From: Candidatus Eiseniibacteriota bacterium
Lineage (GTDB): Bacteria; Eisenbacteria; RBG-16-71-46
DNA: 64,000 nucleotides
Assembly: GCA_041483195.1 (NCBI GenBank)
Contig: JBGPFC010000011.1
Coordinates: 1 to 64,000, forward strand
Direction of reading: 5' to 3'
Part shown: piece by piece, positions 33,731-43,540 of the stretch
Layout: each line of letters begins with the position of its first letter
Position numbering within the stretch: position 1 is the first letter of the stretch
Program-made: the position numbers and the translations under genes
Notes under the pieces: model-generated
The model's input: the letters and a program-made list of their open reading frames with translations, nothing else
Databases searched by the model: none
What the model was told of the DNA's origin: nothing

Positions 33731-35824
33731 CTACCGTGCGATGAGCCACTTGCCATACCTTGTCTGCGTTCCGACCTGCACCCGGTACAGGTAAACGCCG
33801 GACGGCGCCCTTGCGCCAGAGGCGGTCGCCCCCGGCCACACCAGCGCTGACCCGCTCCGGCCATGGATTCGGGCAAGCCTTCGCCCCGCCACATCGAACA
33901 CGGCCAGCGTGGCTTCGGATGCACCCAGTACCGGCGTGATGACCTCGAAAATCCCCTCGCGCGAGTCCGCCTTAATGGACCACTCCGCCTGTTCCTGAGC
34001 CGGCCGCCCGGCCCGCGACGGACCGGCGTTTGGAATGACCGTGATTCTCGCGATGATTGCATCCACTCCGCCGCTCGGCGTACTCGCCACGAACTTCACA
34101 TTGAAAGTGCTCCCGACCGAGTCCGTCGGGTACCACGTCAGGATTCGAGTCAAGGGCGAAAAACTCATGCCGTGGGTAAGGAAGGACGCGGCATAGGTCA
34201 GAGGGTCGCTCTCGGGGTCGCTGGCGGACACTACCAGGGTGTTCGTGTGGTTCCGGTTCATCGAGACGGACACGCTTGCGGTGGTGTCGGCGACCGACTG
34301 ACTCCCGATCGACGTGAACTGTGGCGGCAAGTTCATGTTCCGGCGCGCGGCCCACATCTGAGGCGTCAGGTCCGAACTCCCCGGCGCCGTTGCCAGCAAA
34401 GCGAGCCTCGTTCCATCCGGCGAGAGCTTCGGAGTCAGCGTTGCGTAGCCGTAGCTCGGATAGTTCGCGATCGACCGGGTCGATGATGAAATCGTCGTAT
34501 CCCGAGCAAGCGTGTACGGAGCAGCGCTGCCTGCTTGGTACGACATCGTAAGGATGGCCGCATCTGGCGAGTAATGGGGAAGCCGAGCCTTCGCAGACGC
34601 GGGCGCATACACCGTCGTGATCGCGCCACTATCCGCCGGCACCCTGTAGACAGCAGCGGTCGAATCGGTGAGGTTGCGAAAGAACACGATCGTCTTGCCG
34701 TCCGGCGACCACTCTGGGTAAAATTCATTCAAGTTGCCACTTGTAATCTGCTTTGGTACCCCACCTGTGAAGGGCACCGTATATATGTGAAAATGGCCCG
34801 TAGGCACCACCCCGCTGAATGCAATCAGGTTCGCGTCAGGTGAAACTGACTCGTTGGTTATTGTCGCAAAGCTACCCGTCACGGATATGATCGTTTCGGT
34901 CGTGTCCGAGGCAATGCCGGGAACCCCCTTGTGGAGGATCTGGCTGTCACCGCGGCCGTACACGACCTGGTCTCCGAGCGGGGACCAGCTCGGGTCATAG
35001 TCGTCCCCCGACTCTGTCGGAAAGCTGAGTTGCAGCGTATCGTTCCCGGCAATCGGATTGGACGGCACGACCATGATCGCGCAGTGCCCGGACGCATTGC
35101 GCCGCTCATAGGCGAGCCGGGTCCCGTTGGGCGACCAGCCGATAACCCCGTCGCCGATCGTGTAGGCGGCGCCGTTGCCGCAGGAGCCGCAGAGGTTCGT
35201 GCGCCGGACCAGAGTGCCGAAGAGCGCGTTGCGATGGGAGTCCTCGAGATGCGCCTTCACAAGATCTACATCGGTGCTATTGACCGCTCCGCTGAAGTTG
35301 AGGTCACAGACGCTGGTGGTATCGCTGGAGTTCGTTCGCCCGTCGCCGTTCGTGTCCGTCGAACGCACCTTCGCGTCCAGGTAGCCCTGGTACACGCCCG
35401 TCACGTAGAGCTTGACGCGCAGCGTCCCGCAGCCGGACAGGCTGACAATCGTGACGCGCGTGATGCCGAGGGCATCGGTGGAGTCGTCGGCGAAAATCTT
35501 GGGTTGATCGTTCGGAATGAGATTTCCGCTCGGCACGGTCGTCGTCACCCAGATGGATTCCGGCGGCACACCTACCTTCGCGTTACACGCGTCGTCGGCG
35601 TAGTAGACCTTGATCCTCAGCCGCGACGGGTGCCCCGCGAGGACCGAGTCTCCGGCAGGGCACGCGGTAACCGAGTCCTTCAGGGACCACAACACGTTGG
35701 GCACCGGTGAGGATCCCATCGGGCCAAGCCCACCGCAATCAGCACGAGCAAACGATGTGAAAGAAATCGAGAGCAGCGCTACGAGGACGAGGGGGGGGGC
35801 GTATCGGAGCTTGAGGAGGGGCAT
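33731..35824 (-). CDS. Secreted protein: dockerin-like Ca-binding motif, TolB/PD40 propeller, Ig-like domain, FlgD/T9SS-like tail
   Basis: AGGAGG RBS; signal peptide ending ARA; DTNGDGRTNSSD..DLNFSGAVNSTD; WSPNG/WSPLG/WSPDG repeats; N..P..ASDPESDPLTY; FDVAGRRLA..SGVYLYRV. Confidence 0.82.
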   Translation of the reverse strand: MPLLKLRYAPPLVLVALLSISFTSFARADCGGLGPMGSSPVPNVLWSLKDSVTACPAGDSVLAGHPSRLRIKVYYADDACNAKVGVPPESIWVTTTVPSGNLIPNDQPKIFADDSTDALGITRVTIVSLSGCGTLRVKLYVTGVYQGYLDAKVRSTDTNGDGRTNSSDTTSVCDLNFSGAVNSTDVDLVKAHLEDSHRNALFGTLVRRTNLCGSCGNGAAYTIGDGVIGWSPNGTRLAYERRNASGHCAIMVVPSNPIAGNDTLQLSFPTESGDDYDPSWSPLGDQVVYGRGDSQILHKGVPGIASDTTETIISVTGSFATITNESVSPDANLIAFSGVVPTGHFHIYTVPFTGGVPKQITSGNLNEFYPEWSPDGKTIVFFRNLTDSTAAVYRVPADSGAITTVYAPASAKARLPHYSPDAAILTMSYQAGSAAPYTLARDTTISSSTRSIANYPSYGYATLTPKLSPDGTRLALLATAPGSSDLTPQMWAARRNMNLPPQFTSIGSQSVADTTASVSVSMNRNHTNTLVVSASDPESDPLTYAASFLTHGMSFSPLTRILTWYPTDSVGSTFNVKFVASTPSGGVDAIIARITVIPNAGPSRAGRPAQEQAEWSIKADSREGIFEVITPVLGASEATLAVFDVAGRRLARIHGRSGSALVWPGATASGARAPSGVYLYRVQVGTQTRYGKWLIAR

Positions 35825-36082
35825 GGCGACCTCCTGCTGGGTGGGCAACCCTGAGGGGCACCTCTGAGGCTACGCCTCAGCCGCACTGCGTCAATGAGAT
35901 TCCTGAACCATATGGGAATGGAGCACCGGTTTAGGATCGAGCGGTCCGCAAATCGACTCCGGCGCAGCGGGTTGAAGCGTTGAGACGCAATTTAAAAGAT
36001 GCTGACCGCTCTGGCAGCGAGAGTCACGATCCAAGAGCCCGCGCCTTGACAGCGGGCCGCGCGCGGCAGAACTTTCGCGACC

Positions 36083-36565
36083 GTGCCGCTCCTGCTCGAT
36101 CTCCTGCGCCATGGCGACGCGCTGCGCGCGCCCGATGGCGGCCACGACGCCGAACGCGCGCTCTCGCCCGCCGGCCGCGACACCATCGCGCGGCTGGCCA
36201 CGCATCTGCGCGCGGAGCGCTTCTCGCCCGATCGCATCCTCGCGAGCCCTTACCGGCGCGCACGAGAGAGCGCCGAGCTGCTGCGCGCGGGAACCGGCGC
36301 GCACGCGGCCATCGACATCGCGGAGGCGCTCACCCCGGATCGCGATCCGGAGGAAGTCCTCACGGACTTGGCGGCGCCCGGGGTCACGATCTGGCACGTC
36401 GTACTGGTCTCGCATCAGCCGCTGGTAGGGCGCATCGCGTCGTACCTGACGGGAACCGAGCCCGAGTTCTCGGCCGGCACCCTGGTGCGGATCGAGCTGC
36501 ACGGCGAGATCGCCCGCGGCGCCGGAAGGCTGGTGCGCGTGATCCATCCCCGCGATCTCATCTGA
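36083..36565 (+). CDS. sixA: Phosphohistidine phosphatase SixA (histidine phosphatase superfamily)
   Basis: LRHGDA..DAERALS..G, SPYRRARES, LVSHQP. Confidence 0.87.
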   Translation: MPLLLDLLRHGDALRAPDGGHDAERALSPAGRDTIARLATHLRAERFSPDRILASPYRRARESAELLRAGTGAHAAIDIAEALTPDRDPEEVLTDLAAPGVTIWHVVLVSHQPLVGRIASYLTGTEPEFSAGTLVRIELHGEIARGAGRLVRVIHPRDLI

Positions 36566-36717
36566 AACGCGGCCGCTCTGCGCGGCCACCCGCTCCCCCG
36601 CGCACCGGCGTCGCACGACGGCAGGGTGCGCGCAACGGGGGTTTCGGCGGCCCGTCGCCGGGTGCTAACCTGCGATGGCTCCCCCCGGCCGAACGCAGGT
36701 CACCGCAGGAGACCCCC

Positions 36718-37257
36718 ATGACCGTGAGCCCGATGTCCAGCCCCGGCGCGGGCACCGCGCCCCCTCGTGGCGACGTGCTGCTCGATGGCCTGTTCACCGG
36801 CATGATCGGCGCGATCGCCGTCGCGCTCTGGTTCCTCGTTCTCGATCTCGCCGCCGGGCGCCCGCTCTTCACGCCGGCGCTGCTCGGCACCGTGCTGCTG
36901 CGCGGCGGCGCCGCCGCCTCGCACGGCGTGATCGTCGAGCCGCTCGCGGTCGCGGCCTACACCGCATTCCATTTCGTGATCTTCATTGTGTTCGGCATCG
37001 TCGTGTCCTGGCTCATGACGTTGTTCGAGAGGTTCCCCATCATGTTCTTCGTGCTGCTGGTGCTCGCGCTCTGCCTTCAACTCGGATTCTTCGCGCTGAA
37101 CCTCGCGCTCGGGGCCGCGCTGCTCGGCCAGCTCCGGCCCTGGACCGTGATCGTCGCGAACCTGCTCGCCGCGACCGCCATGGCGTTCTATCAATGGAAA
37201 CGACACCCGAGCGTGTTGCGAGGCATCGAGCGCCTGTGGCAGGAAGAGGGCACGTAA
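36718..37257 (+). CDS. Integral membrane protein (~4-5 TM), unknown function
   Basis: CAGGAG RBS; hydrophobic segments with WFLVLD..GRPLFTP and YTAFHF. Confidence 0.75.
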   Translation: MTVSPMSSPGAGTAPPRGDVLLDGLFTGMIGAIAVALWFLVLDLAAGRPLFTPALLGTVLLRGGAAASHGVIVEPLAVAAYTAFHFVIFIVFGIVVSWLMTLFERFPIMFFVLLVLALCLQLGFFALNLALGAALLGQLRPWTVIVANLLAATAMAFYQWKRHPSVLRGIERLWQEEGT

Positions 37258-37285
37258 CTTAGAAGCCGGATTCGGGAGGATCGGG

Positions 37286-37996
37286 ATGGGATTTCTCGAC
37301 GGCAAGGTGGCGGTGGTGACGGGCGGCAACCGTGGCATCGGGCGCGGCGTCGCGGAAGGCCTGGCGCGCGAGGGCGCGATTGTCGCGCTCACGGCGCGCG
37401 ACGGCGAGGCGGCCGAGCGGGCTGCGCGCGAGATCGGGCACGGCGCGCTCGGCTTCGGGTGCGACGTGCGGAAGCCCGACCACGTGCAGCGCCTGTTCGC
37501 CGAGGTCACGCGCGCGGCGGGGGGCGCGGACATCCTGATCAACAACGCCGGCATCGGCATCTTCGGACCCGCCGCCGACATGACGTTCGAGGACTGGCGC
37601 GCCGTGATCGAAACCAACTTGAACGGCGTGTTCTACTGCTGCCACGAGGCGATCCCGCAGATGCGCAAGCGCGGCGGCGGTTACATCTTCAACGTCTCGT
37701 CGCTCGCCGGGAAGAATCCGATCGCGGGCGGGGCCGCGTACAACGCGAGCAAGTTCGGGCTCAACGGCTTCAGCGAAGCGCTCATGATGGAAGTGCGCTA
37801 CGACGGCATTCGCGTCTCGTACCTGATGCCCGGAAGCGTGGCGACCGAGTTCGGCCGCGGCGCGCGCGACAAGCAGGACTGGGCGCTGCGGCCCGAAGAC
37901 GTGGCCGAGGTGGTGCTGGACCTGTTGCGCTCACCGGCGCGCGCGCTCTACAGCCGCGTCGAGATGCGGCCGAGCCAGCCCCCGCGCAAGGGGTAG
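37286..37996 (+). CDS. SDR family oxidoreductase
   Basis: TGGNRGIG, NNAGIG, YNASKFG. Confidence 0.92.
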   Translation: MGFLDGKVAVVTGGNRGIGRGVAEGLAREGAIVALTARDGEAAERAAREIGHGALGFGCDVRKPDHVQRLFAEVTRAAGGADILINNAGIGIFGPAADMTFEDWRAVIETNLNGVFYCCHEAIPQMRKRGGGYIFNVSSLAGKNPIAGGAAYNASKFGLNGFSEALMMEVRYDGIRVSYLMPGSVATEFGRGARDKQDWALRPEDVAEVVLDLLRSPARALYSRVEMRPSQPPRKG

Positions 37997-38259
37997 GGGC
38001 AGCGGCCCACCGGGGCGGCTCCGCGGGTCCCGGCGGCCCCGGCCCGGTGCGCGGCGCGGCCCGCGCTCGTCCCGCGGCCTGCCGCGCCCGGGCGGTGCGA
38101 TTTGAGCGCCGGAACGCGCTGGGATAACGTACGCGACCTCGCGGGCAACCATTTGACCGCGGTGTGGCCGCCGATCCCCCGCCTGCCGGCCACGCCCTCC
38201 CGCGCGCGATCGCTTCGTGCCTAGGAAGACGTGTGAACTTGTCCCGAGGGGTTCCCATC

Positions 38260-40272
38260 ATGCGCTCCATGCCGGCGGCGACGCTCCCGGCCGCGACCGC
38301 GACCACTCCCGATGCGCCCTTCTGGGGCGCGCGTCCCGACGCAGCGGCGTTCGAGAAGCAGCAGGACGACCGGATCGCCCGGGCGCGCGCGGGGATCGAG
38401 CGGATGCTGGCGCTGAAGGGCGAGCGCACCGCCCTGAACACGCTGCGGCCCTACGACGACGCGCTGCTCGAGCTCGACGCGGCTTCGTCCCAGTCCGGGC
38501 TCATGGAGAACGTGCATCCCGATGCCGCGCTGCGCGCGGCCGCCGAGCGGGCGAGCCAGAAGACCGACGCGCTCGCGACCGAGATCTCGCTGAATCGCGC
38601 GCTGTACGACGCCCTGAGCGCGATCGACCTGTCGGGAGCCGACGCCGAGATCCGCACCTACGTCGAGAAGACGCTGCGCGACTTCCGGCTCGCCGGAGTG
38701 GACCGCGACGAGCCGACCCGCGCGAAGATTCGCGCGCTCCGCGACACGCTGGTCGAGATCAGCCAGGAGTTCGAGCGCAACATCCGCGGGAACGTTCGCA
38801 CGGTCGTCGTGAAGAACGCGGAGGAGCTGGACGGGCTTCCCGCCGACTACGTCGCGCGCCACAAGCCGGCCGCCGACGGCACGCTCACGCTGACGACCGA
38901 CCACCCCGACGCCGCCCCGGTCTTCACCTACGCGAAGCACGCGGAGCTGCGCCGGCGCATGTACGTCGAGTTCGCCAACCGCGCCTACCCGAAAAACATC
39001 GAGACGCTGGGGCGGCTGATCGCGAAACGCGCAGAGCTGGCGAGGCTGCTCGGCTTCTCGAACTACGCGGAGTACATCACGGCCGACAAGATGGTCGGGC
39101 ACGAGCGGAACGCCGCGAGCTTCATCGATCGGATCGCGGCGGCGTCCGCCGCGCTCGCGCAGGCGGAGTACGGCGTGCTGCTCGACCGCAAGCGGCGGGA
39201 GACGCCGGGTGCGGGCGTCGTGAACGCGTGGGACACGGGCTACCTGCAGGAATTGGTGCGGCGTTCCGAGTATGACTTCGACGCGCAGAGCGTTCGCCCT
39301 TACTTCCCGTACGAACGCGTCAAGCAGGGCGTGCTCGATGTGACCGCCCGGCTGTTCGACGTGACGTTCGAGCGGGCGAAGGACGTGCCGGTGTGGGACC
39401 CGGCGGTCGAATGCTGGGAGATGTTCGACGGCGGGACGCTCGCGGGCCGGTTCTACCTCGACATGCACCCGCGCAAGGACAAGTTCCACCACGCCGCCCA
39501 GTTCGACGTGCGCACCGGCGTCGCGGGACGCCAGATTCCCGAGGCGGCGCTGATCTGCAACTTCCCGGGCGGCGATCCGGGTGACCCGGGGCTGATGGAG
39601 GCGGGCGACGTCAAGACGTTCTTCCACGAGTTCGGCCACCTGCTCCACGCGCTGTTCGCGGGACGGCGCAGGTGGGTGGGCACGGGCGGCATCCGCACCG
39701 AGCAGGACTTCGTCGAGGTGCCGTCGCAGATGCTCGAGGAGTGGGCGAAGGATCCGGCGGTGCTCGCGACCTTCGCGAAGCATTATCAGACCGGCGAGCC
39801 GATCCCGGGCGCGCTGGTGCGCCAGATGAAGCGCGCGAACGACTACGGCAAGGGCCTCCAGATCCGCCGCCAGATGGTGTTCGCGCAGGTTTCGCTCAGC
39901 TGTTACAACCGCGACAGCGCGCATCTCGACACCGACGCGCTGGTGAAGGAAGTCACGGAGCGCTACCAGCCGTTCCCATACGTCGATGGCACGCACATGC
40001 AGTGCGCGTTCGGCCATCTCGACGGCTACTCGGCGGTCTACTACACCTACATGTGGTCGCTGGTGATCGCGAAGGACATGTTCGGCCAGTTCGATCGCGG
40101 CAACCTGCTGGCCCCGGGCGTCGCCAGGCGCTATCGCGACGTCGTGCTCGCCCCCGGCGGCTCGGTGCCGGCCGCGAAGCTGGTCGAGAATTTTCTCGGG
40201 CGGCCCTCCGACGACGGCGCGTGGACGCGCTGGCTTGCCGAGGACGGCGGCGAGGCGGCCGCGGAAGACTGA
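38260..40272 (+). CDS. M3A Zn-oligopeptidase (thimet/oligopeptidase A family), no signal peptide
   Basis: FFHEFGHLLH, DFVEVPSQMLE, FGHLDGYSAVYYTYMWS, FLGR. Confidence 0.93.
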   Translation: MRSMPAATLPAATATTPDAPFWGARPDAAAFEKQQDDRIARARAGIERMLALKGERTALNTLRPYDDALLELDAASSQSGLMENVHPDAALRAAAERASQKTDALATEISLNRALYDALSAIDLSGADAEIRTYVEKTLRDFRLAGVDRDEPTRAKIRALRDTLVEISQEFERNIRGNVRTVVVKNAEELDGLPADYVARHKPAADGTLTLTTDHPDAAPVFTYAKHAELRRRMYVEFANRAYPKNIETLGRLIAKRAELARLLGFSNYAEYITADKMVGHERNAASFIDRIAAASAALAQAEYGVLLDRKRRETPGAGVVNAWDTGYLQELVRRSEYDFDAQSVRPYFPYERVKQGVLDVTARLFDVTFERAKDVPVWDPAVECWEMFDGGTLAGRFYLDMHPRKDKFHHAAQFDVRTGVAGRQIPEAALICNFPGGDPGDPGLMEAGDVKTFFHEFGHLLHALFAGRRRWVGTGGIRTEQDFVEVPSQMLEEWAKDPAVLATFAKHYQTGEPIPGALVRQMKRANDYGKGLQIRRQMVFAQVSLSCYNRDSAHLDTDALVKEVTERYQPFPYVDGTHMQCAFGHLDGYSAVYYTYMWSLVIAKDMFGQFDRGNLLAPGVARRYRDVVLAPGGSVPAAKLVENFLGRPSDDGAWTRWLAEDGGEAAAED

Positions 40273-40338
40273 CAGCTTGAACCACGCGGGGCGGCCGCGC
40301 TCGGCCGCTCTTCATTCGCTCCACCTAAGGAGAACATC

Positions 40339-42396
40339 ATGCGTCTCAGACCCTTCGCCGCGATGCTCGCCTTCGCATTGCTCCAGCCGCCGGCCGCCTC
40401 GTTTGCCGCGCCGGCGGCCGCGCACGGTCGCGCCGTAGCTCGGCCCGCCGTGGACGGGCCGTTCTGGACCGGCCATCCCGACGCCGCGGCTTTCGCGCGC
40501 ACCGAGAACCAGCGCATCGCTCGCGCGCAGCAGGCGATCGATCGCATGCTGGCGGCGAACGGCAAGCGCACGATCGATAACACGCTGCGGCCATACGACG
40601 ACGCGCAGCTCGAGCTCAACGCCGCCGGCGCGCAGGCCGGGCTCATGCAGAACGTGCACCCCGATTCCGTGCTGCGCGACTCCGCGGAGACCGCGAGCCA
40701 GCGGGTTTCCGCCTTCGCGACCGCGCTGTCGCTCAATCGCGCCGTGTACGAGGCGCTCGCGGCGCTCGACCTGGGCAAGGCCGACGCCGAGACGCGCTAC
40801 TACGTCGAGAAGGAGCTGCGCGACTTCCGGCTCGCGGGCGTGGACCGCGACGAGGCGACGCGCGCCCGGGTCACCGCCTTGCGCGCTGCGCTGGTCGAGA
40901 TCGGCCAGCAGTTCTCGCGCAACATCCGCGGCGACCTGCGCAGCATCACGGCCAGGGACACGTCCGAGCTGGCCGGGCTCCCCGCCGACTACGTCGCGCG
41001 GCACGCACCCGGAGCCGACGGCCTGATCCACCTCACCATCGACTACCCGGACGCGCTGCCGGTGTTCTCATACGCGCGCAACGAGGACCTGCGCCGCCGC
41101 ATGTACATGGAGTACAACAACCGCGGCTATCCCGCGAACATGGCGGTGCTGGACAGCATGATCTCGAAGCGCTACCAGCTCGCGACGCTGCTGGGATTCA
41201 CGAACTGGGCCGACTACATCACCGCCAACAAGATGGTGGGTTCCGCCCGCAACGCCTCGAACTTCATCGATCGCATCGTCGAGGCCTCCGGCGCGCGTGC
41301 GGATCACGAGTACGCGCAGCTGCTGAAGCGCAAGCAGCAGGACGTGCCGGGCGCGACGGTGGTGAACGCCTGGGAGTCGGGCTACTACTCGGAGCAGCTG
41401 CGGCGCTCGGAGTACGACTTCGACGCGCAGAAGATGCGGCCGTACTTCCCATTCGCGCGCGTCGAGCAGGGCGTGCTCGACGTGACGAGCCGCCTGTTCG
41501 GCGTCACCTACCGCCGCGTGAAGGACGCGCCGGTGTGGGATCCGTCGGTCGAGTGCTGGGAGATGCTGGACGGCGGCAAGCTCGCCGGCCGGTTCTACTT
41601 CGACCTGCACCCGCGCAAGAACAAGTACAACCACGCCGCCCAGTTCGGCATCCGCACCGGCGTCGCGGGGCGCCAGATCCCGGAGGCCGCGCTGATCTGC
41701 AACTTCCCGGGAGGCGAGCCCGGCGATCCCGGCCTCATGGAGCAGAACGACGTCGAGACCTTCTTCCACGAGTTCGGGCACCTGCTCCACAGCCTGTTCG
41801 CCGGACGCCATCAGTGGATCGGGATCGGCGGCATCCAGACCGAGCGTGACTTCGTCGAGGCGCCGTCGCAGATGCTGGAGGAATGGCCGCGCGACCCGGC
41901 GGTGCTCGCCACGTTCGCGAAGCACTACCAGACCGGCGAGCCGATCCCGGCCGCGCTCGTGAAGCAGATGGTGCGCGCGAACGAGTTCGGCAAGGGGCTC
42001 CAGGTGCGGCGCCAGATGGTGTACGCGAAGACCTCGCTCTCGGTGTACGACCGCGATCCCAGGAGCGTTGACACCGACCGCATCATCCAGGAGCTGACCG
42101 CGAAGTATCAGCCGTTTCCGTTCGTCCCGGGCACGCACTTCCAGACGGCGTTCGGGCATCTCGACGGCTACTCGGCGGTCTACTACACCTACATGTGGTC
42201 GCTGGTGATCGCGAAGGACATGTTCAGCCAGTTCGACCGGGCGAACCTGCTCGACCCGAAGGTGGCGACCCGCTACCGAGACGCCGTGCTCGCGCCCGGC
42301 GGCTCGCTGCCCGCGGCGAAGCTGGTCGAGAACTTCCTCGGCCGGCCGTACAGCTTCGAGTCCTATCGTCGCTGGCTGAACGAGGACGTGCAGTAA
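40339..42396 (+). CDS. M3A Zn-oligopeptidase, exported paralogue
   Basis: AAGGAG RBS; signal peptide MRLRPFAAMLAFALLQPPAASFA; the same HEFGH and DFVEAPSQ motifs. Confidence 0.93.
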   Translation: MRLRPFAAMLAFALLQPPAASFAAPAAAHGRAVARPAVDGPFWTGHPDAAAFARTENQRIARAQQAIDRMLAANGKRTIDNTLRPYDDAQLELNAAGAQAGLMQNVHPDSVLRDSAETASQRVSAFATALSLNRAVYEALAALDLGKADAETRYYVEKELRDFRLAGVDRDEATRARVTALRAALVEIGQQFSRNIRGDLRSITARDTSELAGLPADYVARHAPGADGLIHLTIDYPDALPVFSYARNEDLRRRMYMEYNNRGYPANMAVLDSMISKRYQLATLLGFTNWADYITANKMVGSARNASNFIDRIVEASGARADHEYAQLLKRKQQDVPGATVVNAWESGYYSEQLRRSEYDFDAQKMRPYFPFARVEQGVLDVTSRLFGVTYRRVKDAPVWDPSVECWEMLDGGKLAGRFYFDLHPRKNKYNHAAQFGIRTGVAGRQIPEAALICNFPGGEPGDPGLMEQNDVETFFHEFGHLLHSLFAGRHQWIGIGGIQTERDFVEAPSQMLEEWPRDPAVLATFAKHYQTGEPIPAALVKQMVRANEFGKGLQVRRQMVYAKTSLSVYDRDPRSVDTDRIIQELTAKYQPFPFVPGTHFQTAFGHLDGYSAVYYTYMWSLVIAKDMFSQFDRANLLDPKVATRYRDAVLAPGGSLPAAKLVENFLGRPYSFESYRRWLNEDVQ

Positions 42397-42423
42397 CGGC
42401 GCGCGGCTGCGCGTCACATGCGA

Positions 42424-42456
42424 AAGGCCCCGGTCTCGCGTCGAGACCGGGGCCTT
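42424..42456. terminator. Hairpin between convergent M3 and lipA genes (likely bidirectional terminator)
   Basis: AAGGCCCCGGTCTCG-CGT-CGAGACCGGGGCCTT, 15-bp stem. Confidence 0.7.
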
Positions 42457-42474
42457 CGTGCGATTCGCGCGCGG

Positions 42475-43539
42475 TTACGCGGTCTTGCTCGCCTCGCCCG
42501 CGCGCACCGTGCCTGCCAGCTCGTCGGCGTGGAAGGACGATCGCACCAGCGGGCCGCTCGCCACGCTCTCGAAGCCGATCGCCTTCGCCCGCTCGCCCCA
42601 CGCGCGGAACGCGTCGGGGTGGACGTACTCGATCACCGGCAGGTGCATCGGGGTGGGCCTCAGGTACTGGCCGATGGTGAGCAGGTCGCAGCCGTGCGCG
42701 ACCAGGTCCTCCAGCGTCCGCGTCACCTCGTCTTCGCGCTCGCCAAGGCCCAGCATGATCCCGCTCTTGGACTTGATCCCGGCGCCGCTCGCCTTCACGC
42801 GCTGCAGCAGCTCGAGCGAGCGGTCGTAGCGCGCGCTGGGGCGCACGACCTTATGCAGGCGCTCGACGGTCTCGACGTTGTGGTTGATGACGTGCGGGCC
42901 GGCGTCGATCACGCGCTGGAGGTCGCCCGCGTGCCCGCGGAAATCGGGCACCAGCACCTCGATCACGGTGGCCGAGCGGCTCTTGATCGCCTCGATCACC
43001 ATCGCGAAGATGGTGCTGCCGCCGTCTTTCAAATCGTCGCGCGCGACCGAGGTGATGACGGTGTGGCGCAGCTTCATCGCCGCCACCGCCTCGCCAACGC
43101 GCCGCGGCTCGTCCCAGTCCACGAAGCCGTTGGGCTTGCCGGGCGCCACGGCGCAGAAACCGCAGCGTCGCGTGCACAGCTCGCCGAGGATCATGATGGT
43201 GGCGGTGCCGCGCTCCCAGCAGTGCCCGAGGTTGGGGCAGCGCGCCTCCTCGCACACCGTCACCAGCCTCTGCGTGCGCAGCAGCGTCTTGGTCTCCGCG
43301 TAGTCGCCGCTGCCGGGCAGCTTCACCTTGAGCCACGGCGGCAGGCGCCGGAATCCGGCGCCGCCCTCGGCGCCGAGGCCAACGCCCGCGCCCGATGCGC
43401 AGCCGCCGAAGCGCGGCGCGAGCGGCAGGCGCTGGGGCACGGCGGCGCGCGGCGCGCCGTACACGGGGATCTCGGGATGTGCGGCTTCGAGGATCGGAAG
43501 GCCGTCGTCAGCGGGCGGCGTGAGGGGAGCGTCGCTCAC
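42475..43539 (-). CDS. lipA: Lipoyl synthase
   Basis: CEEARCPNLGHC and CTRRCGFC cluster motifs, NHNVETV, GQYLRP, RSSFHA. Confidence 0.96.
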   Translation of the reverse strand: MSDAPLTPPADDGLPILEAAHPEIPVYGAPRAAVPQRLPLAPRFGGCASGAGVGLGAEGGAGFRRLPPWLKVKLPGSGDYAETKTLLRTQRLVTVCEEARCPNLGHCWERGTATIMILGELCTRRCGFCAVAPGKPNGFVDWDEPRRVGEAVAAMKLRHTVITSVARDDLKDGGSTIFAMVIEAIKSRSATVIEVLVPDFRGHAGDLQRVIDAGPHVINHNVETVERLHKVVRPSARYDRSLELLQRVKASGAGIKSKSGIMLGLGEREDEVTRTLEDLVAHGCDLLTIGQYLRPTPMHLPVIEYVHPDAFRAWGERAKAIGFESVASGPLVRSSFHADELAGTVRAGEASKTA

Positions 43540-43540
43540 G

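Noticed and set aside
36046..36074. Sigma70 promoter (TTGACA) before sixA
   Set aside because: Perfect -35 but only a weak -10 (GAACTT); not enough support to list.
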